From Macrostomum lignano (lineage: Eukaryota), in NCBI GenBank assembly GCA_002269645.1, contig NIVC01001111.1, positions 186,001 to 250,000 of the forward strand: a stretch of DNA of 64,000 bases, written 5' to 3'. The first letter of the stretch is position 1. Each line of letters begins with the position of its first letter. The notes under the pieces are model-generated. The model was not told the origin of the DNA. It saw only the letters and a list, made by a program, of their open reading frames with translations, and searched no databases. The position numbers were made by a program, and so were the translations under genes. Shown here piece by piece: positions 1 through 12,691 of the stretch.

Positions 1-184
1 TGCAATCTGAGTACTTGCTATTTTATTTGTTGTGTTGTGTTACTTAAACTTATTCATTTTCTAATATTCTCATACAATTTTTTACTATAACCTACTGAAA
101 ATATTTTCATACTGTTATTATACTCATACTTGAATGATTGCTTCTGCCAGTTAATGCTTGTAACTTGAGAGCATGAAAAAAGTT

Positions 185-219
185 GGCCCCCCCTCAAGAA
201 ATTCCTGGATCCGCGCCTG
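185..219 (-). mobile_element. Isolated MITE-like terminus (reverse complement CAGGCGCGGATCCAGGAATTTCTTGAGGGGGGGCC)
   Basis: GC-rich 35-bp island in AT-rich, CpG-poor DNA, resembling the CAG-starting ends of non-autonomous DNA transposons. The partner TIR and a TSD were not found in the window. Confidence 0.3.
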
Positions 220-1240
220 GTGCACCCAGCATGATCCAGACTATGGACAATATATAGAGTGTAGCCTACAGGGTACAGGCTACAATGCAGTTTAGTACTG
301 CAGTCTGCAATGCTGCATAAGTGAATAAGTAAATGATAAATCAATTGGGAGAGAGTGAGGGCAGGAGAAATGGAAGAGAAATGAGGTACTTCTATTTTTC
401 AATAAGCACAAGCAGGTAAGGTATGCTACCCCCCTCCCCTGGTCCTTCAGTGTAGCAGTACATAGGTAAGTTGCAAATCTGGACAAAACAAAGTCACACT
501 AGATGGGTAAAATTTTGAGGTTGGGCATATATGATGGAATCTTTGTATAGCAATTTTAAAATAGAAACTTATGTACAAACTTTTTGCAAGTTTCTAATTC
601 CACAAAAATGCATAAATTTTTTATGTTGCTATAATAAAGGACCCTCTTGCAGTTTTAACAAAAGGCCTAAGCTACCTTTTTTGCAGTTTTAACTAAAAAT
701 GACCTTTTTAGGAAGCAAGTTACCTTTTATATGCAAAAATTTGTTTTATATGTTACAAGTAGAATATAAAGCTTTTTAAATGAAATAAATAGTTCTAGGT
801 AACTTCTAGTTTATTTATTGCAGAAGATTTTTATAAAAGGTCTAAACAACTATATAAGATTTTTTCAGTGTACATAGAAAACATTGAGAATTTTGAACAA
901 AAAATTTTTTTCTAGTTTGTAATTTGTAATTTATTTTTTACCACTTTGATGACCTCTTTATCTGACCTAAAAAGACAAAAGCAAAGAGAAAAGTCTGATT
1001 TTTTTGTAAAAGGTCAAAAGTCTAGGGGCTCAGACAGTTAGACTATAAGTATTTTCTGAATTAGGCCTAATGTCAATGGATTAGCACTTATTAATGACTA
1101 TCAGTTGGCAAAATTTCAGACAACTTAACAGAATTAAGAGTTAAAAATTCACATTTTTTGCTTTAGGTTTAATGGCAATACTAGGTCTAATGCATGCAAT
1201 GCTTTTGTCATTGATTAATGAAATTTAGGATTTTTCCTTA

Positions 1241-2011
1241 GGCAGTGCTTATTTAGCCGGCACCGGTCGAATAAGTTCGCTACTATTTAGCCGGCACTGG
1301 TCAAATAAGTGCGTCACTATTTAGCTGGCAGTCCTGCCCTACTGCCAGTCAAATAAGTGCGTCACTATTTAGCCGGCAGTCCTGCCCCACTGCCAGTCAA
1401 ATAATCGTGTCACTATTTAGCCGGCAGTCCTGCCCCATTGCTGGTCAAATAAGTGCGTCACTATTTAGCTGGCAATTTTATAATTGCGCACTGCTCATCA
1501 TGACCTTAAATTAATAATTTAACATACTATAAGCAAACTTTTTATCCTACAATTTTGGAGTTTTTTCAATAAAGGTGTTTACAGTGGTTTTTTGGCTTTA
1601 ATGAGTGGTTTTGATTCAGAGATTAAAGTGAAAGTAAAACATGCATAATTAATTTTTAATTTGTTTATGTGTCTTCTGCTGCTATAAATAATTTCTGGAA
1701 TATGTAAGACTTCCAGAAACAATTAAACAAACTTGAAGACAAATAATAAATTGTACTAAATCTGCATTGATTTATATTTGCTGTACATACTTTGTATTGC
1801 CCAAAGTTTAAATATCTCAAATAAATATATATAATGGCTTGGCCATTGGGGGCCAGGATTGCTGGCTAAATAGTGATGAGCTTATTTGACCGGCAGTGGG
1901 GCAGGACTCCCGGCTAAATAGTGACGAGCTTATTTGACCGGCAGTGGGGCAGGACTGCTGGCTAAATAGTAGCAAACTTATTCAGCCAGTGCCGGCTAAA
2001 TAAGCACTGCC
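1241..2011. mobile_element. Mutator/Foldback-like MITE (771 bp) with tandemly repeated arms
   Basis: TIR GGCAGTGCTTATTTAGCCGGCAC at 1241 has a perfect reverse complement ending at 2011. A perfect 9-bp TSD TTTTCCTTA lies at 1232-1240 and 2012-2020. The arms (1241-~1475 and ~1856-2011) are built of ~49-bp subrepeats in inverted orientation. Confidence 0.9.
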
Positions 2012-4366
2012 TTTTCCTTAATAGTAACCAACACTGTTATTAACACTGGTCACAGGTATTGAGTATCAAAAAGAATCTGAAAGAATAAGAGAAGTAAACA
2101 AGAAGCATTGCCATGGCATGGCATTCTTATCAATCTTATGCAATTAATATTATTATTAGTTATGCAACAAAAATCTACTATAATTTTAAAAGCCTAAAAA
2201 CTAAGAGACGGATTGTTAGATTATTACATACTGCTGGCCAATTTAGTCACATAAAAACCTAGAATTCTAGTTTTTTACAGTTCTGAACTAAGCTTAACTT
2301 ACATTGAAAATAGTGAAAAAATACTTTACTTCTATTAATTAGGCTTAGCTGTTTCAAGGAAATTAAAAGATTAATAAAAAGTATGGGGTGTTGGTATTTA
2401 CACGTTTTGCGTTATAACAATACACAATACATTATTATGTGAATAAGAAAGGTAAAAAGAAAATAATTGTTTTGAATAAAAGATTTTTATTATTTTAGAC
2501 TGTACCTTGGTTTTCATTTTTTTGCAAACGGGCTGGCTCTATGTTACGACTGATCGATCTGGATTCAAATTAGACACCAAAAACCAAGTAGTAATGGTCC
2601 TTTTTCTTTTAGCCAAAAGGACTTTGTGACTTGAAATCTTAGAATTTAAAACTCGAGATAACAATATTATATTGAAATAAAAAATTGTCTGACATATACT
2701 GTCATTTAAAGGAATATAACGGAATGATCTTTTGAAGGCGGCTAAAAATAGTGAGGGCTACTAAGGGCCGTGGGATTTACCCAAATACAACACCGACGGA
2801 ACCTGACGCATTGTGATCTGCTCCCTCAACGAACATCTGGTCTCTGACATTAATTAGGCAAAGGTCCTGAATTTTTGTACAAGGTGACTGGATTATATAC
2901 ATCATCTATTTCGTATACTGATGTCTTTTTCAAAAATAGGTTGGTTAATAAAAATAAATACATGTACATGCACGAGTTTTACATGATCTTTACGGATCCA
3001 ACAAAGGCATAATAGCTATAGGCAGAATCCCAAGGACTTATAATCCCATTGTAGTCTTAACTGTTCTTATAGAAGCGTTTCACCGATATGCTAATAATTT
3101 ATGAGTTAAATCCCATCTATAAAAAAGTTAAATTAATTTTCTTAATATTCAGTCAGTTAATTACGATGAGTAGACAATGTTCAATAACCGACATGACTTG
3201 AGTATAGACGCTTGATATTGCTGGACTGTACCAAAAGTACAAAGCAAAAGAGAATTATGGTTTCGCATGTATTTAATACAATTTTGCACAAAATGAGGTA
3301 ACGAAATGAATGAGTAAAGGATCAGCGTGTTTTTTATCATAAAGTTATTTAACGCTATTTAACACCGGACAGATACAACTAAATTAATATACTGCCGAAT
3401 AAAAATTGTTACATTTACTAACACTTAATTCCGTTCCAAACAGTTATAACTCGATGTACTCACATGAGCAGAGGAACTGACTCTTCTTTCTACAATATAC
3501 GAGCGTAGTACATGTAGCAGCAATGTTTCACTTCAATTCTTTCAACGAGTATTAGACTCAATAAATATAAAATGGTCCCAAACTGTCAAAGAAATCAAAT
3601 GTAAGACTGCGAGCAATTATATATACGATTCAAACTAATAAATATTATAGGCACGAATACGCACAGCCCTCAGCTGTACATAGATTAGCGCATAGCACAA
3701 TTAGCACATATGATGAATGAGAAAATGCAAATGAAAATCCATTTTAATGAGGCAACAAAGCATTAAGTGTGCTAGTGTACAGTAGATGCATAGTACAGTG
3801 ATAAAATACAATAACAGTTACTGTAGCAACATTTGATAAAAACGCTAATTTGCTCGTGCAAACGCGCTATAATATATTGCATGGAATTATAACTGTTCCT
3901 GTCTAACAGAATAATTTAGTAAAACTTTAAATATAAATAAATCTAATAAACAACAACAAAACGAAGGCACAGAGACTTGAAAATTTATCACATCTAATAC
4001 AATTTTATTACATTATTTCAGGCCTCAGGGTTAGAAATCTATAAAAAACTTTTATTAACTAATACCCGATTAAAAGTCGCCATTTCATCCTCTGAAACAA
4101 CAAATTTAAGGATTGTCTCAGCTGACTTAGACCTGTTTTTGAAGGAGCAAAAAAGTGAATTGAAATGGAATTAAGCGTCGTGACCAAACAAAATAAATAA
4201 AAGATTAGAAAAACACAGAAAAATGAAGGAACATTATTCAAAGAAAGCAAATATTAAAGCAAAATCTAGCAGTGCAAAGGTTACCACGAGTATACACGTG
4301 GAAAAATGAGGGACTAGCAGCAGTAGCAGAGCGGCCAGCCAAAGATCTGTAGACTGAGGGGATCAG

Positions 4367-5094
4367 CGGGTAGCGGCCAGTTGAATGACCATGAAGGAAG
4401 TGGGTAGCGGCCAGTTGAATGACCATGAAGGAAGTGGGTAGCGGCCAGTTGAATGACCATGAAGGAAGTGGGTAGCGGCCAGTTGAATGACCATGAAGGA
4501 AGTGGGTAGCGGCCAGTTGAATGACCATGAAGGAAGTGGGTAGCGGCCAGTTGAATGACCATGAAGGAAGCGGGTAGCGGCCAGTTAAATGACCATGAAG
4601 GAAGTGGGTAGCGGCCAGTTGAATGACCATGAAGGAAGTGGGTAGCGGCCAGTTGAATGACCATGAAGGAAGTGGGTAGCGGCCAGTTAAATGACCATGA
4701 AGGAAGCGGGTAGCAGCCAGTTGAATGACCATGAAGGAAGCGGGTAGCAGCCAGTTAAATGACCATGAAGGAAGTGGGTAGCGGCCAGTTGAATGACCAT
4801 GAAGGAAGCGGGTAGCAGCCAGTTAAATGACCATGAAGGAAGTGGGTAGCAGCCAGTTAAATGACCATGAAGGAAGTGGGTAGCAGCCAGTTAAATGACC
4901 ATGAAGGAAGTGGGTAGCGGCCAGTTGAATGACCATAAAGGAAGCGGGTAGCAGCCAGTTAAATGACCATGAAGGAAGCGGGTAGCGGCCAGTAAAATGA
5001 CCATGAAGGAAGTGGGTAGCGGCCAGTTGAATGACCATGAAGGAAGTGGGTAGCGGCCAGTTGAATGACCATGAAGGAAGTGGGTAGCGGCCAG
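4367..5094. repeat. 34-bp minisatellite (GGTAGCGGCCAGTTGAATGACCATGAAGGAAGTG)n, ~21 copies
   Basis: Directly visible 34-bp period. It starts ~70 bp past the ADAP stop codon and explains ORFs 4238-4732 and 4314-4664. Confidence 0.97.
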
Positions 5095-5163
5095 CTGAAC
5101 TAGAGAGCAGTAGCTCAGGGAACGCGCATAGCCACTGTGTAAAAAAATTCAAGTCGAAGACTT

Positions 5164-7409
5164 CTAACAATATAGAAAATCTTGCGGAGTCGGCGGCACG
5201 GCCAGCAAGTCGGCGATGGCGGCCACCCAGCGTCGGCAGCAGTCCGCGCTGTCGGTGGAGAAGGCGTAGTCCCGCTCCGGCGTGCGCACGGTGAACACAT
5301 GGTTGCCAACTGACTTTCGTCGCAGGCCGGTGGGCGGTCCGGTCAGGACCTGATAGGCAGGTGCCTCGCCCAGCCAAAGCTCGCCCTTGGCCAGCGGCTG
5401 CATGCTGGCCGAATAGTACAGCAGACTGCGGCGCAGCAGGAGGCACCAGCGCCGGCGCCACGGCTCAGACAGGCGCGGCCCAGTTTTATACAGCCAATCG
5501 GCCAGGCGCGGCTCGTAAGACAATTGCAACAGCCGCTCCGGCGGAACAAGCGACATGCGCAACCGATAGTACTGGCAGCCGCGGATGGCGTTGTACCAGG
5601 CCACGATCTCTTCGCCGTCCTCGTGATAGACGTAGAGACAGCGAGTGTACTCACCGCTGGGATAGCTGATCTGTTGAGGAGAGAGATAGAATAGCACTAT
5701 AGACGACTCTAAAACGACGAGATGTCTCAAGACAAGTTGCCAAAAGTCGTCAGTCTATTTGAGGCGCTTTATTGATTGCCTACGACTCCAAAACGACTCT
5801 GGGGCAACTCTAGTGACTCTGGGGCAACTCTAGTGACTCTGGAGCAACTCTACTGACTCTGGGGCAACTCTAGTGACTCTGGAGCAACTCTACTGACTCT
5901 GGGGAAACTCTACTGACTCTGGGGCAACTCTAGTGACTCTGGGGCACCTCTAGTGACTCTGGGGCAACTCTACTGACTCTGGGGCAACTCTAGTGACTCT
6001 GGGGCAACTCTAGTGACTCTGGGGCAACTCTAGTGACTCTGGGGCAACTCTACTGACTCTGGGGCAACTCTAGTGACTCTGGGGAAACTCTACTGACTCT
6101 GGGGCAACTCTAGTGACTCTGGGGAAACTCTACTGACTCTGGGGCAACTCTACTGACTTTGGGGCAACTCTAGTGACTCTGGGGAAACTCTACTGACTCT
6201 GGGGCAACTCTACTGACGCTGGGGCAACTCTACTGACTCGGGCCGTAGAGTCGAATCTGAGGCGTGCCACAGCCGCTATAAAATCACTGAGTTGCGTCTA
6301 AAGCGCATCCGCGCAACTTTATGAATTTAAGTCGCATTTCGCGTTTATAACAACCCTATTTAGACTACTTGAGTTAGTAGAAAGTTTAGCGCGTAAAACA
6401 GCGACTGTTGGACAACTTTTTAGCGACTCTTTTACGATTCTGCACCCTGCTACTTTTTCCAGGGCTGGAAGCTACGCAAAAATTCACCTTCCATGCTTTA
6501 CTTAAAGTAGCAATAATCATAAAACAGTCGAAACTGATTCACCGCCATTCTGACGCTTAAAACCAACCCAGAGTGCAATAATATTTGGTGTTTGTTAACC
6601 ATGCAAAGGCTGCAACAGACACGATTTTTAATGAGTTTCAGAGTTGTCAACAGAACAGCATTAACTGTCTTCACTCTCCCGTTCAACAGAGTAACAAAGC
6701 CAGGGGAAATCTAAAATATGTACAAACATCATTATCACGAATCCTCGCTCACCATCATGAGATGCGGATGCGCCATCTCAATCAGGGCGCCAACCATGGC
6801 CACATTAAGCTGATCCAACGGCAGTGAAGCTCTCACGGTTGAATCCGACGTATCGTCGCTATGGTAACGCAGATAATTATCTCGTTCGGACAGTTCAAAG
6901 AGACGCTGAGAGAACTTCCCGCCGCTGGAGCTGCCACCGGAGCCGCTATGCAGGACGGAGGCGGCCGCTACGGACGGCACAGTCAGGCGCTTCATCAGCC
7001 GGCCGGACTTAACGAAGCCGCCGCCAGAGCGATGATAGGCGGCCTGCCTGGCCGGATTGGCGAACTCGCCGCGCTTGTACTTGGCCAATACGAACTGCAT
7101 CCGAATGACAGCCGGATCGTCCGGCATTGGACGGCGATAGAATGGCGGCATTCGAGTCTCAAGAGTCTCGGCCAGAACTGAATTGCCCTGCAGCTCGGCC
7201 GTCTCCGACTCCTGCCAGCGGTCGCGCTCGATCGATCTGGTCCGGTAGCCGGCCTGGCGGTGCGCCACCGCGCATGCGCCGCATACGAAAGCGCCGCCAA
7301 CATTAACGGAGACAGCGCAGGGTGGCGCCGAGACGCAATCGGCGCACACCCGATTGGCTGCCTGCTCGGCTAGGGCCGAGATGGCCGCGATTGGCCCGGC
7401 TGTTGCCAT
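5164..7409 (-). CDS. ADAP1: ArfGAP with dual PH domains (ADAP / centaurin-alpha family), 2 exons, ~387 aa
   Basis: Exons 7409-6753 and 5670-5164, with ATG in ACCATGG context and a GT..AG phase-0 intron. The protein has an ArfGAP zinc finger (CADC..CGAC-x4-R) and PH1 (GRLMKR..FSQRLF). The spliced junction HPHLMM|ISYPSGEYTRCLYVYHEDGEEIVAWYNAIR matches ADAP1 TRNIFVYHEDGKEIVDWFNALR. PH2 reads WLYKTGP..WRRRW. Confidence 0.92.
5721..6405. mobile_element. Dispersed repeat of unknown class, with a second copy inverted at 51393-51420 plus 52204-52358
   Basis: 6282-6307 matches the reverse complement of 52204-52229 (25/26). 6365-6392 matches the reverse complement of 51393-51420 (27/28). 5721-5805 aligns with gaps to the reverse complement of 52274-52358. 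No TIR or TSD was identified. Confidence 0.75.
5795..6239. repeat. 20-bp minisatellite (GACTCTGGGGCAACTCTAST)n, ~22 copies, in the ADAP intron
   Basis: Directly visible 20-bp period, embedded in a dispersed repeat (see findings). Confidence 0.97.
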
Positions 7410-7937
7410 GGTGATGATGACCACTGAAGGATGTGAATTCTCTTTGCTTTTAGATATCAAATTTGTCAATTAATAGATGCAATATTATAGTAAATGTAAA
7501 CTATATATTTATCTAATATCTTCATGTTAAAATAATTTCAATAAAATGGGCCAAAATAGGCATTTTTGACACCCTATAAACTTATAAACTCCCTTGGCTT
7601 TTAACACCCGACACCCTAGGAGCTGGGTTTTTTGGGCCATGCGAGGTTTATTGGCCCCTTGAAAATCTCATTGGCAACAGAATTTTTGGCATCAGAGGCC
7701 TGTGCCTTTCCCTGTGCCAGTTGCCAATTTCAAAAATGATATTGTATTTGTAAGTGTAAAAAATTGTCATATGAATCGATATGATGGAGTTGTTAGTTTG
7801 TTATTGTTTGCAGCATAGACAGCAATCTAAGAGTTAAGAACAAATTTCTGCTTTTCAAATGCATTCTCGATAATTTGGCTAGTTGCCATTGGGCAATCGA
7901 AAATAGCCATTGGCAACTGGATTTTGAGCCTCAAAAG

Positions 7938-8816
7938 CAGTGTTGGGCACCATTAATGAAAATCTTAACTTCCGTTAATAGCAAAAGCGTTAGCGTTAAA
8001 ACAAAAAATCTTAACTTTTTAACTCCTAATTTCGTTAAGTTAACTGAAAGTTAACTGATAATCGTTAATAAGCATTAATCCGTTAAAGTTAACACAGAAA
8101 ATATGGAAATCTTGCACATTTTTTCCAAAACAGACTTTGTATTGCACGTCTTTGCTATTCCATCTTTTTAGCGAAACACAGAGGTCATCTAAGCGATTTG
8201 AAAGCTAAAAAAGTAATAAATAATCATTTTAAAAACTTGCATGCATAATACTACTAAAAGTAAAGCATAGGGTAAAAAAGTAACTTATTTTATTTGAAAC
8301 TTAAAAGCTAATAGCAAGAAATTCATAATTAAATTTGTATAGAAGGTTGTTTCAGTACCATTAGCAGGCGCAGCAGAAAGTTGTGAAAGATTGGGACAGA
8401 AGTGAATCAAAGCGATTGATGCTCACGCGCAAGAAATAAAGTTTCACACTATTTTAATTCATTATTTTAAAGTTTATTTGTAAGAAGTTGTTAATTACAT
8501 GTACGTCTGTATGATCATTGTCATAAATAAAGAGATTATATTTAGGCATATAGGTAAGCTCAAATACTTTTGTAATGTTTAAACTTCTTGTAAGACTTCT
8601 ATTTTTTGTTCCTTCTTTGCGTCTTTGGTCATTGACATAGACACTATCGTTAACGATGAATTTATCGTTAATTCACAAAATTTTTAATGCAAATTTGTTA
8701 ATCCGTTAGTTTAAAAAAATCTTAACAACAGTCCATTAATGTTAATGAAAAATCTTAACGCTTATTAATGCTTATTAACGGATTAACGCTTATTAACGGA
8801 CTGGTGCCCAACACTG
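7938..8816. mobile_element. hAT-type MITE (879 bp)
   Basis: 14-bp perfect TIR CAGTGTTGGGCACC / GGTGCCCAACACTG and a perfect 8-bp TSD CTCAAAAG (7930-7937, 8817-8824). Many subterminal TTAAC/GTTAA motifs; no ORF. Confidence 0.92.
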
Positions 8817-10466
8817 CTCAAAAGCCAGATGACAACTGGACTTCCAACCTTTAAAAAACCAAGCCTAGGAGTGAGTGCTGTCTGCAGTAGTTAAAAAATG
8901 CATTGTGTTGCAGATGAGTGCCATAGTGATTTACATTCAAAACACATCTCAACAGGCCATGTGACAAAAAGACTGAAAAGATAGCCTTAAAAGTCAAAAG
9001 CAAAGAAACAAGATTCTATAGGATATCAAGACAATTTATAGAAATCTTGATCAAATAAAATTGATTATCTTTAATATTGATTAGCAGAAGCAGTTATAGA
9101 AATCTAATACTGGGCTAACAACCTGATAGCTTCTACATCCAGCCTTAGCCAAAGTGGTTAAGGATTACATAGCTGCTATGAAGATGAATTATTGCTTTCT
9201 ACACTATAATCATACCATTTGTAGGACCCAAGCTAAAGTTGTCTTGAATTGAGATATATTGGGCACTTACTTGATTTTGGCTCAACTCACTAGTAATAAA
9301 TGGTCACTTCTATTTAGTCTACATGTATCTCTAATAAAAAGAAAAATAAAATACATAAAATAAAAATGTCTAAATGCATACAAAAACATAAAATTCTATC
9401 ATTACTTCATTTTTTCTCTATATGGGCTTCTTTCAAATTGATATGAGTCTCTTATATAAAACAAATTTTTAAATCATTCTTTCTTAGCTTCAGAATCTAC
9501 TTGTAATAGCATTTTTCTTTACCACCTTTAAACAACATGTCAGTTTCAAGCAAAGCCAAAAGTGCTATCATCTATTATACACAAATGTATGATATAGTAG
9601 CAAAGAAAATCAAAGCCCATTTGCATGAGCAACATGGGTTTCAAGGCAGTCATATTGCACTATCATCTACTAGATCACAGTTTCAAAAGAGGCAAATTCT
9701 TTGAAATGAACTTCAAGCTAGGAGACCTTAAGACCTCTACTAGCTAGAGTGTCATTGATAATAGCTATATCTTCCTTGATAAGGATAGACAAGTAACTAT
9801 TGCTAAGAGCAGATAATCTAATACATTAGTTAAGGCAGCATAGTCTATCCTAATAGTCTAGCTAGGAATATGTTCTAAAAACTCCTGACTACTAAGATGC
9901 AGTGCAATATGATGCTGGCTTATAGCAACTATTCCACTTGGCATAGTACTACCAAAATGAGTTTCTTGATTCTTGTTATTGAGAATAAGTTGATATTTTC
10001 TTTAAATATAAGCTGGAAACAAGTCTAATGCATGCAGTCAGTAAGAATCCTCTAATGAGCCCATTTTACTAAAAGGCCAAGATGATACCATCAATAAATA
10101 AATAGATAAAAGGACTATCTTCTACTATTAGCAAGAGGTGCTACTAATTGAGTGGCTACTTGGTAAGTAAATAGTCAGGATACTTCTATTAAAAAAACGT
10201 GTATTGCATTTCTTTGGCTCCCCAACAGGGGGCATAGATTGCTAGTCTAGTGCTAAAAAGCTCACTATATGGATGCCACTAGCCTAGGCTATAGTTACTA
10301 AAATTACATATTTGCTAAACTAGTAGTATATATAATATCTTGCTAGATTTATGAATAAAATTAAAAACTAACAATCATACCTTTTCTTATAACCTTTAAG
10401 TTTTTTATATAGGGGGTAACCCCCAACTGGGCTCTATAGTTTTGTATAGTATATATGACTCTATGA

Positions 10467-10857
10467 CTGGGTTTTTTGTGCGAATGGATGCAAATAGCAT
10501 CCTGGTCTTAAAAATTGCACCCTGAAATTTGACTCAGGGTGCGAAAAGTGCACTAGAATTTTTTGCAAGGATGTGATGTAGATTTCACAATTTAGTGTTA
10601 TGGATGCCTTAAGTCTGTAACTTTGTATTCTTAGAATTAGCCAGTAATTTTTTGAGTCCTTAAAAATGTAATTTAAGGAAATTTCAACTGTCGATTCAAT
10701 TTTGGTAAGCAGAACCTAATGAACTGAATACTGAATGGTGGAAAGCCTGGGTTTTTTGTGCAAATGGGTGCGAATAGCATCCTGGTCTTGAAAATCGCAC
10801 CCGGAAATCTAGCACAGGGTGAAAAATCGCACCCAAGTTATAGACCAAGGAACCCAG
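10467..10857. repeat. Imperfect ~90-bp direct duplication (10467-10560 vs 10748-10835), probable DNA-transposon relic
   Basis: CTGGGTTTTTTGTGC..AATAGCATCCTGGTCTT.AAAAT.GCACCC occurs twice ~280 bp apart. No convincing TSD. Confidence 0.45.
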
Positions 10858-12113
10858 CTCTGTGAGATATTGCATATATAAATATTTAAAACATTACATT
10901 ATATCTTAAGAAATATTTAAAATTATTTAAATTATTTAGAATTCTTTCTTAAAATTCTTTAGAAATGCTTTATTTAGTTTAGGCATTATTGAGATCAATA
11001 AGTTATAGCTTTAAATAGTTGATGTTGCAATTTACTTAGACTTTTTAACAGTATATTTTAGTTCCTAATGCAATTTAGTATTATTAATATTAGTTCTTCC
11101 AATGCTTAGCTAAGGCTTTTCTGAGCCTAAGGAAATAAGTTAAGTCTAATCTAATTAAAAGCTAGGCCCTATTAAAAGTTGGAAGTCAAATCCAAGACCA
11201 AGTTGAAAGAGACAGACAATAGTTTAATATGTTGGTTGCTTTTTCCTTTTTGGCCTTCTACTTAATTTATATCAGGTTTTGAAAGAGACTATAATAAATT
11301 TTATAGACAGAATAGGGCCTTTTTTCTAATAATATTATATTATTATAAAAATTGGCAAAGGTTAAAATGTAGTAGGGCCTAGTTTTAAAGGCACAGCAAA
11401 GACATACTAGACTATATTATAATCTATAAATGTATAGAATGTGTATATATAAACTGTCACATTGTCACTGTTAGTGGTCTAGCCCAGGCTACAAAACCCA
11501 TGGAAAAAATAATATAAAAAATATTGTAAGCCTTGTGTATCTATAATCTATGGTATAGTATCAATATCTCTAGATTAGAACATATAACCATAATTAATAT
11601 AAACAAAAACTTAAAAGGCCTACTTACTACTACTACTACTAGGTGTACTTATTATTACTACTTATACTACTATACTAGGCCTATACAGTACCACAATGTG
11701 ATAATACTAGGCAATCTTTCAGTTTTTTTGCATTAAATTATTTTAATGTGTTACGCATTCTAGCTTTATTACTATAGCTGGAAGACCAACACTGACTAGG
11801 CTACAATTGTACCTCTTATGGAAATAAGGCTAAGGCCCAGCATTGAACTTGCAATATCTAGCTCAACCATTGGGAATTGGTTCAGGCCATGCCCAATGAT
11901 CTAGCTTTGATGCTGCAATGTGCTGGCTGGCAAAATTTTATACCTAAAAGGTAATAAAAAGAAATAGGATCAAAATTAGACAACTGCAACCAATCAATAT
12001 ATACTTAGCCTAACTTTAAGTCGGCCTATTTGCTGTTCAGTCTATAGTGGTAATGTGGTATAAGCTAAGACTAAGATTAAAGCCTATATAGGTCTAAAAA
12101 GAGGAATATATAG

Positions 12114-12691
12114 CAAGGACGATTTAAGTAGAAGGACAGGAAACCTCGTTTTTTAGAAAATTTTCGGAAGCAAGTTTCCCGAAAAAATACACTAGGCCCT
12201 ACAGTCACGGAGATAGGAACTTTTCATTTTACATACATTTCCTGTACCTAAAAATCATAAAAATGCATGACACAGTCACACAGCTCGAATCTTTGGTTTT
12301 ATGAATCTATTTTATCATCTCTGTTACAAATTTTTGTTACACAGTCAGCTAAGAATGATAAAATAGACTCATAAAACCAAAGAGCCGAGCTGTGCAATTT
12401 CAATGGTTTTTAGGCACAAGACACGTGCAAATGTAGGCCTACGTAGAATAAAAAATTCACATAGAATCCTAATTTTCTGAACGAAAAGCTCTAAGAATAT
12501 CGATAGAGCAAGAAGAAAGGCACAACATATCAAAAGATGAGCACTGGATCTGCCTACTATCAAAAGCAATAGCAATTTTTGTGCTAAAAAAATGAAGTTC
12601 CTTTCTCCGTAAGTGTATTTTTCGGGAAAACCTGCCTTCTAAATTTTTCTAAGAAACGAGGTTTCCCGTCCTTCTACTTAAGTCGTCCTTG
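12114..12691. mobile_element. Long-TIR MITE (578 bp), P-element or hAT type
   Basis: TIRs start CAAGGACGA.TTAAGTAGAAGGAC and extend imperfectly for ~120 bp. The 8-bp TSD is ATATATAG / ATATGTAG (1 mismatch). The CAAGG end fits both CANRG (P) and YARNG (hAT). Confidence 0.85.

Noticed and set aside
2750-2880. GC-richer patch that could be a minus-strand exon (DQMFVEGADHNASGSVGVVF)
   Set aside because: No recognisable homology and no partner exons.
4238-4732. ORFs with repeating peptides over the arrays (also 17009-17723, 29110-29544, 33766-34385, 36295-37020, 43025-45003, 53252-53636, 54877-56935)
   Set aside because: They are translations of stop-free tandem repeats in introns or flanks, open in several frames at once, and not genes.
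7717-7920. 12-bp inverted repeat CCAGTTGCCAAT / ATTGGCAACTGG left of the hAT MITE
   Set aside because: Probably a remnant of an older element, but without a TSD or defined ends it cannot be called.
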